A DNA stretch of 64,000 nucleotides, from positions 3,179 through 67,178 of the forward strand of contig CAYYVW010000003.1 in the NCBI GenBank assembly GCA_964473925.1. Reading direction: 5' to 3'. The DNA comes from an uncultured Verrucomicrobiaceae bacterium (lineage in GTDB: Bacteria; Verrucomicrobiota; Verrucomicrobiia; Methylacidiphilales; CAYYVW01). The first letter of the stretch is position 1; each line of letters starts with the position of its first letter. Shown one piece after another: positions 36,707 through 45,492 of the stretch. The translations under genes were made by a program, and so were the position numbers. The notes under the pieces are model-generated. The model worked only from the letters and a program-made list of their open reading frames with translations. It did not search any database and had not been told where the DNA came from.

Positions 36707-38190
36707 AGCGCCCCTCCCCGCAAGAGCCATTCCACCGCAGGACGCGCCGCGCCGGAGACAAGCACCGGAGCAACCCCCACGAAAACAAGTGCACCGGCCA
36801 GCAGTAGGTAGGGCCAGCGATCGCCTCGCGGAAGATCGTGCGCTTCATTTCCGACGGAAGATGTCGCGGCTCTTGGTCCAAACAGAATTTTCTCCAGCGC
36901 GCGGAGTTGATACACCGCCGAAAGGAAAACGCCGGCCAACGCGACGATGACCGCAGCACCAAGATTCGCCTGCCACGCTCCGAACAAGATGGGCGCTTCT
37001 CCTGCAAAATTCGCCAGGCCTGGCAGACCGATCGCAGCGAAGGAACCAATGAGCAGCAGCGCGCCGAGCACCGGCATCGGCCCGAGCAAGCCGCCCATTT
37101 GACTGAGTTCATCCGTTTTGAGACGAGCTTGCAGCATGCCACGCAACGCAAAGAGCAATGCCGTTGAAAGTCCGTGGCCAACCATGAGAAGCACGACGCC
37201 CGCGACGCCGAGCACGTTCCAGGCGGCGATTCCGAGAAAAAGGTAGCCCATGTGCATGACGCTCGAGTAGCCCAGCAGATATCCAAATCGTTTTTGCGCG
37301 AGCGTGATGAGACCTGCCGCCAGCAAATTCCCGCAAAGCAGCCAGAGCAGCAGCGGCTGCCACAGCGCCGCGCCCGCGGGGACCAACGGCCAGAGCCGCA
37401 GCAGCGCATAGAGTCCGAATTTTTTGAGCACACCCGCGTGCAACATCGCGGCCGGTGCCGGCGCTTCCGCGTACCCAGCCGGCGCCCACGAGTGGAACGG
37501 AAAGAGCGCCACCAGCGTCCCGAGTCCCAAAAGCAGCAGCCCTGCTGCCAGCACCTGCGTCGCCACCGGCAGCGGCGTCGCATGCAGCGCAGTGACCAGG
37601 CTCGGCAGGTCAAACGTGCGCACGGGCTCGGGCAGCGCAAGCACGATCGTGAGCAGCCCCACCAATAGCACCAAACTCGCCAGGCCCAGGTAGAGCGTCA
37701 TCGTGAACGCCGCGCGCCGCCGATCGGGCCCGCCCCAAATGCCGACGAGTAGAAATGTCGGGATCAGCGCGATTTCGTGGAAGACATAGAGCCAAAAAAG
37801 ATCGAGCGAGAGAAACGCGCCGATTGCCCCCAGGCTCACCAGTAGCAGGCAGATGAAAAACGCGCGCGGCCGGGCGATATCGCGCGGCGTCACCGCGACC
37901 GCCGCCAGCGTGACGATCGATGCGAGCGCGACGAGTGCGAAGCTGATCCCATCCAAGCCCAGGTGAAAATGAATCTCGGGCAGGCCGGGGATGCGGCCCA
38001 TGCTCCAGTCCATCTCGTAACGCGCGCCGACCATGTCGGGCACGCACCAAAATCCGATCGCAAGATACAGCACCACGACCACGTTCGCCCACGCCGCTGC
38101 CAGAGCGGTGCGCCGCGCGCATGAATTACCAAGGAGCATCATCCCCACCGCTGCCAGCGGGATCAGAAGAAGCGCAGCAAGGATGGTCAT
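36703..38190 (-). CDS. nuoM: NADH-quinone oxidoreductase subunit M
   Basis: FHEIALIPTFLLVGIWGG and other NuoM-type blocks. Confidence 0.88.
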   Translation of the reverse strand: MTILAALLLIPLAAVGMMLLGNSCARRTALAAAWANVVVVLYLAIGFWCVPDMVGARYEMDWSMGRIPGLPEIHFHLGLDGISFALVALASIVTLAAVAVTPRDIARPRAFFICLLLVSLGAIGAFLSLDLFWLYVFHEIALIPTFLLVGIWGGPDRRRAAFTMTLYLGLASLVLLVGLLTIVLALPEPVRTFDLPSLVTALHATPLPVATQVLAAGLLLLGLGTLVALFPFHSWAPAGYAEAPAPAAMLHAGVLKKFGLYALLRLWPLVPAGAALWQPLLLWLLCGNLLAAGLITLAQKRFGYLLGYSSVMHMGYLFLGIAAWNVLGVAGVVLLMVGHGLSTALLFALRGMLQARLKTDELSQMGGLLGPMPVLGALLLIGSFAAIGLPGLANFAGEAPILFGAWQANLGAAVIVALAGVFLSAVYQLRALEKILFGPRAATSSVGNEAHDLPRGDRWPYLLLAGALVFVGVAPVLVSGAARPAVEWLLRGGAL

Positions 38191-38217
38191 AAGAAAAATT
38201 TGAAGCGTTTGTTAAAT

Positions 38218-40095
38218 TTATGCAGCGCGCGAAAGAACCCACCACAAGAGCAGACCCATTCCTACACTCAGCCACAGCGCGTAGGTGGAAACACTGCCGG
38301 TTTGGAAGACGCGCAGAAATTCTCCCGCGCCATTCAACATCGCGCCGCTGCCGCGCACAACCCATCCGCCCAGGAGCCGCTCGTCCAGCCGCGCCACCGC
38401 GCGCGCAAACACTTGAGCCGGACCGATGAACGCCGCGCGGTAAAATTCATCTATATAGAAACGGTTGGCCAGCACCGGAATCGGCACCGGCTCCTGCTTT
38501 TTATTTTGGTAGCGCGCGAGCGCAATCAGCGCGCCCGCCACAAAAACGACCAACGAAAGCCCGAGCACCGCCTGATGATGCGCCGCGGCCGGGATGATTT
38601 CCAGCCCATGGAAGAACGCGCCGTACGCATGTTCAAGCCCCAGCATTGGATAGCCCGCCACCACCGAGAAAAGCGCCAGCACCATCAGCGGCGCCGTCAT
38701 CACCCGGCGCGACTCGTGCGCGTGCATCGCGTGCTCCCCGCGCGGCTCGCCCAAGAAGACGACCGCGACAAGGCGGAACATATAGAACGCCGTCAGGAAC
38801 GCCGAGACCGCGGCTAAAAATCCGAGCGCGCGGTCCTGCGCGAACACGGCTGCCAAAATTGCATCTTTGCTGAAGAAACCGGAAAAGCCCGGGCAGCCCG
38901 CAAGCGCGAGCGTCCCGATGAGCATCGTCCAAAACGTGACGGGCATGCGGCGCGCCAGGCCGCCCATCTTCCAGATGTTCTGCTCGTGATGCAGGCCCAC
39001 GATGACCGAGCCCGCCGCCAGGAACAGCAGTGCCTTGAAGCACGCGTGCGTCGTCAGGTGAAACATCGCCGCGCCCGGCGCCGAGCAGCCGACCGCCAGC
39101 ACCATCAGACCCAACTGCGAGAGCGTCGAGTACGCGAGGATCCGCTTGATATCACTTTGCTGCGTCGCCATCAGCGCCGCCAAAAACGCAGTGAACCCGC
39201 CGACGTACGCTATGACGGTCAGCGCTTCCGCCGAGAGCGATAGCATGAAGTAAAGCCGGCAGAGCAGGTACACGCCCGCCGCGACCATCGTCGCCGCGTG
39301 GATGAGCGCCGACACCGGCGTCGGACCCTCCATCGCGTCCGGCAGCCAGACGTGCAGCGGAATCTGCGCCGACTTGCCGATGCAGCCGCAAAAGAGGAGT
39401 AGCGCCGTGATCGTCACATAGAACGGCGGCTGCTCGAGCAGCGCGGCGATGATCTGCGCCCGGCCGTCCACCGCGGCAAAGCTGAGCGTCCCGGTCAGCG
39501 TCCAGAAAAAGAGAATGCCCAGGAAAAAGCCAAAGTCGCCGATCCGGTTGACGATGAACGCTTTTTTCGCCGCCGCGCCCGCCGCCGGGCGGTCAAACCA
39601 AAATCCGATCAGCAGGTACGAGCTCACCCCCACCAGCTCCCAGAAAAGGAACATCAGCAGCAAATTCCCGGCCAGCACCACGCCGGTCATCGAAAAGAGG
39701 AAGAACGCCAAGCCGCCGAAGTACCGGCCCTTGTCCTTTTCCTCCGCCATGTAGCCCCAAGAAAAAACGTGCACCAAAAAGCCGACGCCCGTCACCACGA
39801 CCAGCATCATCCGGGCGAGGCTGTCGGCCACCCATTCCAGCGGGACGGAAAGGCCAGGCAAGTCCATCCAGCTCCACGAGCACGTCACCGCTTCGGGCCC
39901 GTCGCCTCCCATCATCAAAAAAACCAACGCGACGAGAAATGCTGTGCCGCTGGCCAGCGTCGCCACGAAAGGAAAGAACGGCAGGCGGCGGCGCAAGCCC
40001 GTCAGCGAAAGCACGGCGATAAAAAGCGGCAAGCTCAAGAGCAAGCCCGGCGGCGTCACCGCAACCGTGCTGCACGGAGAACAGGCGAGAATCAT
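38218..40095 (-). CDS. nuoL: NADH-quinone oxidoreductase subunit L
   Basis: FLFWELVGVSSYLLIGFWF; 625 aa with a C-terminal lateral-helix region. Confidence 0.88.
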   Translation of the reverse strand: MILACSPCSTVAVTPPGLLLSLPLFIAVLSLTGLRRRLPFFPFVATLASGTAFLVALVFLMMGGDGPEAVTCSWSWMDLPGLSVPLEWVADSLARMMLVVVTGVGFLVHVFSWGYMAEEKDKGRYFGGLAFFLFSMTGVVLAGNLLLMFLFWELVGVSSYLLIGFWFDRPAAGAAAKKAFIVNRIGDFGFFLGILFFWTLTGTLSFAAVDGRAQIIAALLEQPPFYVTITALLLFCGCIGKSAQIPLHVWLPDAMEGPTPVSALIHAATMVAAGVYLLCRLYFMLSLSAEALTVIAYVGGFTAFLAALMATQQSDIKRILAYSTLSQLGLMVLAVGCSAPGAAMFHLTTHACFKALLFLAAGSVIVGLHHEQNIWKMGGLARRMPVTFWTMLIGTLALAGCPGFSGFFSKDAILAAVFAQDRALGFLAAVSAFLTAFYMFRLVAVVFLGEPRGEHAMHAHESRRVMTAPLMVLALFSVVAGYPMLGLEHAYGAFFHGLEIIPAAAHHQAVLGLSLVVFVAGALIALARYQNKKQEPVPIPVLANRFYIDEFYRAAFIGPAQVFARAVARLDERLLGGWVVRGSGAMLNGAGEFLRVFQTGSVSTYALWLSVGMGLLLWWVLSRAA

Positions 40096-40278
40096 GGGAA
40101 TGCTTTAAAGTTTAAGCCGGGTTCAATCTTCCATCTCGATCCTCTGGCGCCAACGGAAACATCAGAACCAGGCAGGGAAAAGCCATCAGAATCACTCCTA
40201 TTCGTAGCCCAGATGCGTCCTAAAAAAAGCCAAATATTTAAGTGGACGTTTCGCACCCACTGCGGCACTGCAAAGCCA

Positions 40279-40740
40279 ATGAATACACGTAGACTTGGTC
40301 CTGCAATCGCACTTTTGGCATCCTTGGCCTTGCCTGGAATGGCTCAGGAACCATCTCAGAAGGAGGGCAGCTGGCTAGACAGAAAAAAAGCACAAGCGAA
40401 ACGCGGGCTGGATACAGCTAAACACAAGCTGGGATTGGACGTGAACCACGCCGTTGCTCTGACAGCTCCGCCTAAAAAAGGCGAGCCAACGCGTTATATT
40501 AGGGTTTTTGAAATGGGCGCCGGCAATGACGAAAGCGTCTGCGCAGATCAAGTTTTCGAAGATCTTACCGCAGGCGGCGCCAGAGCCGTCCGAGGAACTC
40601 TTCTCAAAGGTCCCAAAGGATCCGCAGGATTGTTTCTTCCTATCGGCGAGCAAGACGCTTCAAAAGCCACCCCCATCGATCCAAGCGCCGTTCTTGAAGG
40701 AGAGTGCAAGGCGTTGCGCCTAGAGGCGCCACCGCTCTAA
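40279..40740 (+). CDS. Small secreted hypothetical protein encoded antisense between nuoL and nuoK
   Basis: From the internal ATG at 40279: MNTRRLGPAIALLASLALPGMAQEP signal peptide. GC is lower. Its stop overlaps the convergent nuoK stop by 2 nt. Confidence 0.5.
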   Translation: MNTRRLGPAIALLASLALPGMAQEPSQKEGSWLDRKKAQAKRGLDTAKHKLGLDVNHAVALTAPPKKGEPTRYIRVFEMGAGNDESVCADQVFEDLTAGGARAVRGTLLKGPKGSAGLFLPIGEQDASKATPIDPSAVLEGECKALRLEAPPL

Positions 40741-41045
40741 AACTTGAGCCGCGCCAGCTCCTCCGCCTCGGTCGTTTGGCGCCAGCGGAAGAGTGCGACG
40801 AGCAGCCCCAGGCCGACGACGACTTCCGCCGCGGCGACCGTCAGCACAAAAAAGACGAGCACCTGGCCGTCCAAGTTCTGGTGGTAGCGCCCGAACGCGA
40901 CGAGGCTAATGTTGGCCGCGTTGAGCATCAGCTCGAGCGACAGGTACAGCGCGATCAGGTTGCGACGCCATAAGACGCCGGTGAGCCCGATGCAAAAAAG
41001 CGCGGCGCTCAGCGCCAGGTAGTGGCCGAGGGTGAGCGAGCTCAC
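40737..41045 (-). CDS. nuoK: NADH-quinone oxidoreductase subunit K
   Basis: The GTG start at 41045 overlaps the nuoJ stop (GTGA) and is preceded by GGAGGAG. The ~102-aa product contains LSLELMLNAANISLVAF. Confidence 0.85.
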   Translation of the reverse strand: MSSLTLGHYLALSAALFCIGLTGVLWRRNLIALYLSLELMLNAANISLVAFGRYHQNLDGQVLVFFVLTVAAAEVVVGLGLLVALFRWRQTTEAEELARLKF

Positions 41046-41581
41046 TTTTTCTCCTCCGGCGTGGGGGCGTGCTGCGACAAAACCAGCACGCCGATCATCC
41101 CGACGACGAGCAGCAAGCCGACCGTCAGCAGCGCGGGCAGGTGCTCGGTATAAAGCGCCAGACCCAGCTGCGCCGCGTCGCCCCGCATCGGCGGAGCAGC
41201 CGCGCCCAGAAGCGTGCCTGATTCGGGAATGCGGCCCAGCGCGCGCGTGAGCAGCCACAGCATCCATGCACCGGCCGCGAGCGCCAGCGCCAATCCGAGG
41301 GGAGCGCCTTTGCGCCGCGCCGCCGGTTTTAGGTCCAGCAGCATGATGATGAAGAGGAACAGCACCATCACCGCGCCCGCGTAGACGAGTACCTGCACGA
41401 TCGCCAGAAAGATCGCACCCAAAAGGCCGAAGATGCCCGCTAGAAAAAGACTCACCCCGGCGAGCGCCAGCGCGGACGTAACCGGGCTCGGGTGCAGCGC
41501 CACGACCAGCCCCGACGCCAACGCGCCCACAGCAAAAATCCAAAAAAGCAGCGCTTCCATGAAGAAAAGTGACGCTTCCAT
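41042..41581 (-). CDS. nuoJ: NADH-quinone oxidoreductase subunit J
   Basis: From the ATG at 41581: MEASLFFMEALLFWIFAVGALASG...VQVLVYAGAVMVLFLFIIMLL. The 100 upstream in-frame codons do not look like protein. Confidence 0.85.
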   Translation of the reverse strand: MEASLFFMEALLFWIFAVGALASGLVVALHPSPVTSALALAGVSLFLAGIFGLLGAIFLAIVQVLVYAGAVMVLFLFIIMLLDLKPAARRKGAPLGLALALAAGAWMLWLLTRALGRIPESGTLLGAAAPPMRGDAAQLGLALYTEHLPALLTVGLLLVVGMIGVLVLSQHAPTPEEKK

Positions 41582-42116
41582 TTTTAGTCCCCTAAGAGCG
41601 CCGAAGCAACGATGGAATGCGCAGAAAGCGACGCATGCAAGTTGACAAAGCATCCTAGTTGCGACAATGCACTGGCATATGAACGCCTCCGCTTCAACCG
41701 TCTCACCAACTTCTATGCCTCGTCGGAAGCTATTAAGTAATTTGGTAGGATACTGTTGGGATCGGGCACACGTTGCCCTTAGCTGGCGATCAAAGCCGCT
41801 GCAACCCGCGCAGCTTCTCAGCAGGCTAGAAGCGCTTACCTGAGCGGGGCGACTGCCCGTTGCGGAGGTCCACGGGATCAATCCAAAAACTTGTTGTAAT
41901 GAAGGAGAAATGGAGAGAACGAACCGAACTATTGCCGCTCTCGAAAGGACTTATCATTTGCAAGGCGAGTCGTGTAAAGGGATGGCATTAAGAAGCGTTG
42001 CCGTCCGTTACTGTGAAGCCCCCTCTCGCGAGCTTCAGACCTAGTCCGGACCCTTCTAGTTCGCAGTAAGATGAATTCGTTTCCGCGCGCGCAATGCCGG
42101 AGTGCCGATTTCGCCT

Positions 42117-42563
42117 CTATGGCTTCGCGGCGGCGGCCGGCGCGGGAAACGGCTCGGAATATAATTTGAGTAACACTGGCTCGGAACTAATTGGCTCCTG
42201 CTGATATTGCACCTCCACTCGGCAGAGGCGCCCCGCTTCGGGGAACTCGCCCAAAGTTAACGCGACAAAACGGTACGAAGCACCCGGCACGATTCGGTAC
42301 GTGATCATTCCGGTGCCGCAAAAACCCACTCGCGGCCCGTCCTTCCACTCGCCGCCGGGCATTTGAACTTGCAGGAAAGAGGGAACATCCCGCAGCGTGC
42401 GGGTGTCTTCATACTCAGAAATCACGATCGCGTGCTGGCTGCGGTTGGTTAACTCCAGCACCACTTTTGAACCGGCAATATCAACTTGTTTCAGTATCAG
42501 CTCTTTCGGAGCAGGTGCCGCCACAGCACTCACCGCCAAAATCAAAAAAATCAGCGCTCTCAT
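42117..42563 (-). CDS. Small secreted hypothetical protein embedded in the nuo cluster
   Basis: From the ATG at 42563, which overlaps the nuoI stop (ATGA): MRALIFLILAVSAVAAPAP signal peptide, then a beta-rich 148-aa product. Confidence 0.55.
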   Translation of the reverse strand: MRALIFLILAVSAVAAPAPKELILKQVDIAGSKVVLELTNRSQHAIVISEYEDTRTLRDVPSFLQVQMPGGEWKDGPRVGFCGTGMITYRIVPGASYRFVALTLGEFPEAGRLCRVEVQYQQEPISSEPVLLKLYSEPFPAPAAAAKP

Positions 42564-43117
42564 CGTCTTGCAACCCCCTGCCCCTCCGCCTCTTCCTTGG
42601 CGCGGTCCCACTTGCGGATCGGCCGCGGCAGCACGCCACCCAGGCGGTAGAGCATCTGCTTGTCGTGCACCGCTTCCGCGCGGGTGAGCGCGGTGATGGC
42701 GTAGTCCTCCCGCAGGAAGATCGCCTCCTCCGGGCAGACCTCCTCGCACAAGCCGCAGTAGATGCACCGCAGCATATCGATATCAAACTCCTTGGGCGCG
42801 CGCTCGACGTGCGCGTTGGAGGCCGCGGCCGCAATCTCTCCCGGCAAAATCCGAATGGCGCGCGGCGGGCAGATAAACTCGCACAACTGGCAGCTCACGC
42901 ACTTCTCGCGGCCGTTCTCGTCCCGGACCAACACCGGCGCGCCCCGGTAGCCGGCGGGGATCGTCGGCCGCTCTTCCGGGTACTGCATCGTCACGCGCGT
43001 CCGGCCGATAAAGCGCAGCCACAAATGCCGTGCCGTGATGGAAAGCCCGCGTGCGAGCGCCGGCAAGTACAAGCGCTCGGCCCACGTCAGCTGCGGTCGG
43101 GAAACGGTCAAAGCCAC
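42560..43117 (-). CDS. nuoI: NADH-quinone oxidoreductase subunit I (2x[4Fe-4S] ferredoxin-type)
   Basis: CVSCQLCEFICP and CIYCGLCEEVCP cluster motifs. The start is a GTG. Confidence 0.9.
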   Translation of the reverse strand: MALTVSRPQLTWAERLYLPALARGLSITARHLWLRFIGRTRVTMQYPEERPTIPAGYRGAPVLVRDENGREKCVSCQLCEFICPPRAIRILPGEIAAAASNAHVERAPKEFDIDMLRCIYCGLCEEVCPEEAIFLREDYAITALTRAEAVHDKQMLYRLGGVLPRPIRKWDRAKEEAEGQGVARR

Positions 43118-43160
43118 GGGCCTAAACTACTCCTCCCTCAAAGCCCAAGGCAACGCCCTT

Positions 43161-43176
43161 TGTGAAAAATTTCACA
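43161..43176. promoter_or_regulatory. Perfect TGTGA-N6-TCACA palindrome (CRP/FNR-family-type site) upstream of nuoI
   Basis: The extended palindrome is TTGTGAAA-AA-TTTCACAA at 43160..43177, centred about 51 nt upstream of the nuoI start codon. Confidence 0.4.
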
Positions 43177-43214
43177 AGGTGGGCCAAGTACGGGGCTTGT
43201 GAAGGAACACGGTC

Positions 43215-44381
43215 TTAATTTGTAAGCGATATCAGCGGAGCACCGCCCGAACGGCGATGAGCGGATGACAGAGGGCGGCGTGGCTCTTCTTCTAGCAATG
43301 GAAACAAGCTAAAGCCCGTCCCACGACTCCCGTCGTACTCCGCATGTACGGTGAGCGCGCCAATCTCCCTTTTGGCAGCCGCCGGATCCTCTGTAGCGCC
43401 CATCAAACACGGTTCCACTTGCGCCTTCCACAAAGCGCAGGCTTGGTCCCACCCTTTCCGATCTGCCAAGTCCAGTAGCGGGACCAGGTGATCGCAGTGG
43501 GTGATCACAGGAAAGTTCGCCGCACGCCACGCACCCTCAGCCCGGCTGCCTTCAACCCTACTCGCTCTCTCTGCCGTGCGAGCGCGCAATGACGCCACCT
43601 TTGCCTCTCGCTCACCAGCAGGGTAATGGCTTGCGCCTGCATGCAGCACAAATTGCAGACCTAGCGCCACACACCCCCCGGCGTCAGAATAACTATCTCC
43701 CACTAGCAGAAGATCGTCTTTCTCCAGTCCATAACGATCACGCATTAACCGTGTGCCTGCGTGCACCGACTTCGGGTGCGGCTTGGGAATGTTCCGATCT
43801 CTATTTTTACCTCTATAAAGTTGATCCGCACAAAGAATATCCGTAGCCGGATCAAAAAAATCGGCGAAGCTTGTTCCATCCCCCCCTACATGCCAGCATG
43901 CCTGAACCATTTTTGCCATCAGAGCATTCGTCACAACGAGCATTTCCGCACCGCGTTCTCGCAACACCTTCAGCATTTCAAGCGCCCCCGGCAAAGGAAG
44001 GTGAGCCGCCTGTGCACATGCCAAGGCGGCATTGCACATGTTATTGTACAAAACTCCCCGCTCATCCTTTGGCAGCCGGCGCCCCAATAGCCGTTCAAGC
44101 GAATTAAACAGCCGGGTGTATTCTGCAAAATCACAGTGCCGCAGCATGTCTTCGGTTAAGGCGGGGCCAAAGTGCGCTTGCAACGCTTGAATTTCATATT
44201 CTCTTGTCCGGCCCGCAGTATCGGCAAGCGTCCCATCGTAATCAAATAACACGCCCCAACGCCGACCCGTCCTGGGCGACACCTTGGCCTCACGCCAAAA
44301 CCCTGGCGGCGGCCGCAAATGAGAGGCCTGCGCGGTTGCGCTAGAAGAAAATCGAGAAACAGCTAAACTCATGACGTACAA
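43215..44381 (-). CDS. HAD-superfamily hydrolase-like protein with a long C-terminal extension
   Basis: VLFDYDGTLADT motif I and LLVGDSYSDAGG motif IV. GC is lower and the start is uncertain. Confidence 0.55.
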   Translation of the reverse strand: MYVMSLAVSRFSSSATAQASHLRPPPGFWREAKVSPRTGRRWGVLFDYDGTLADTAGRTREYEIQALQAHFGPALTEDMLRHCDFAEYTRLFNSLERLLGRRLPKDERGVLYNNMCNAALACAQAAHLPLPGALEMLKVLRERGAEMLVVTNALMAKMVQACWHVGGDGTSFADFFDPATDILCADQLYRGKNRDRNIPKPHPKSVHAGTRLMRDRYGLEKDDLLLVGDSYSDAGGCVALGLQFVLHAGASHYPAGEREAKVASLRARTAERASRVEGSRAEGAWRAANFPVITHCDHLVPLLDLADRKGWDQACALWKAQVEPCLMGATEDPAAAKREIGALTVHAEYDGSRGTGFSLFPLLEEEPRRPLSSAHRRSGGAPLISLTN

Positions 44382-44442
44382 ATACCCTTGTAACCGCCGC
44401 CGTTATAGCAGGTCTACGGCATTGTCAATCCCTCTACTCCTA

Positions 44443-44717
44443 GGCTCCGCTAACCAATAACCGCCAGCCGCGCGGTCGGCGCCTGCGGATGACCGGCAAG
44501 GAACAAGAGAGGGAGTGCATCTGCAATGATGCTTGACCGACCGAGCGACACCGTCGGACGCCGCAGGCGCCACCGTCCAAAGGATTACGGTTCTTTTTCG
44601 ACGCTGCTTTATTGGTCGCTCGGTCAAAGCCCGTTTTAGGGATTCTCCCTCACTTCCGCCTCGCAGCGACGAAAAATCCCAGCGCAACGCGGCTGGCGGT
44701 TATTGGTTAGCGGAGCC
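44443..44717 (-). mobile_element. 275-bp TA-flanked element with perfect 30-bp terminal inverted repeats (32 bp counting the flanking TA) (MITE-like or long-stem RNA), copy B
   Basis: 44441..44472 (TAGGCTCCGCTAACCAATAACCGCCAGCCGCG) is the exact reverse complement of 44688..44719. The interior shares conserved blocks with copy A (CTTTGACCGAGCGA, AATCCTTTGGACGG, GATGCACTCC). Confidence 0.65.
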
Positions 44718-44777
44718 TAAGCTTTCCAATCCCAGGCCAAGCGCAGTAGAATCATCCCGGTTCTCCTCCCTACCGCC

Positions 44778-45467
44778 ATGTTCACCCCCGCCGACTTTTT
44801 CGACCTCGCCCAGACTGAGCACACCAAGCTCTTTAAAAACGTCGAATTTGTCTGGGAAGCGCTGCGGCGGATTGAGCCCTACTTGGCCAACCATCTCCGG
44901 ACCGGCATCCAGGGGGAAGTCCAAGGCGCGCCCCAGATCGGGCCGCAGGTTTACATTGGGCCCGGGACACGCGTCGCTGCCACCGCCACGATCGTCGGCC
45001 CTGCCTGGATCGGGCGTGACTGTGAGATCCGCCCCGGCGCCTTCATCCGCGAGAACGCGATCATCGGCGACGGCTGCCTGGTCGGCAATGCGTGCGAAGT
45101 CAAAAATTCGCTGCTCTTCAACGGCGCACAGGTGCCTCATTTCTCATACGTGGGCGACTCCATCCTGGGCGCGCGGGCGCATCTGGGTGCGGGCGTCATC
45201 CTGTCTAACCTCAAGCTGGATAACGACCTCATCACCATTCACCACGACGGCAAAAGCTACCCCACCGGCCTGCGCAAATTCGGCGCGATCATCGGCGATG
45301 CGGTGGAGATTGGCTGCAACGCCGTCATCAATCCCGGCAGCCTGATCGGCCAGGGCTCGATCCTCTACCCCGGCGTCGTCTGGCGCGGCATCCTGCCCCG
45401 GCATTCGATCGTCAAAGGAAGCACGACCTACCACGTCACCGCCCGCCGGATGCACCCTTCATCTTAA
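44778..45467 (+). CDS. Left-handed beta-helix (hexapeptide-repeat) transferase, GlmU-C-terminal-like
   Basis: Repeated [LIV]G-x4 hexapeptide pattern, for example IGPGTRVAATATIVGPAWIGRDCEIRPGAFIRENAIIGDGCLVG. Confidence 0.65.
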   Translation: MFTPADFFDLAQTEHTKLFKNVEFVWEALRRIEPYLANHLRTGIQGEVQGAPQIGPQVYIGPGTRVAATATIVGPAWIGRDCEIRPGAFIRENAIIGDGCLVGNACEVKNSLLFNGAQVPHFSYVGDSILGARAHLGAGVILSNLKLDNDLITIHHDGKSYPTGLRKFGAIIGDAVEIGCNAVINPGSLIGQGSILYPGVVWRGILPRHSIVKGSTTYHVTARRMHPSS

Positions 45468-45492
45468 AGTTATAACATGCTGTCATCCCGAG

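Noticed and set aside
36684-38817. Alternative-frame and antisense ORFs across nuoM/nuoL (for example 36684..37640 -, 36306..36950 +, 38200..38817 +)
   Set aside because: They are Cys/Arg/Trp- or Arg/His-rich nonsense translations. The NuoL/M/N reading frames are clear.
41582-41881. A 100-codon in-frame N-terminal extension of nuoJ, and the long extension of the nuoK ORF to 41543
   Set aside because: The extensions are Cys/Arg-rich and not membrane-protein-like. The canonical NuoJ and NuoK N-termini begin at 41581 and 41045, with overlap-coupled starts.
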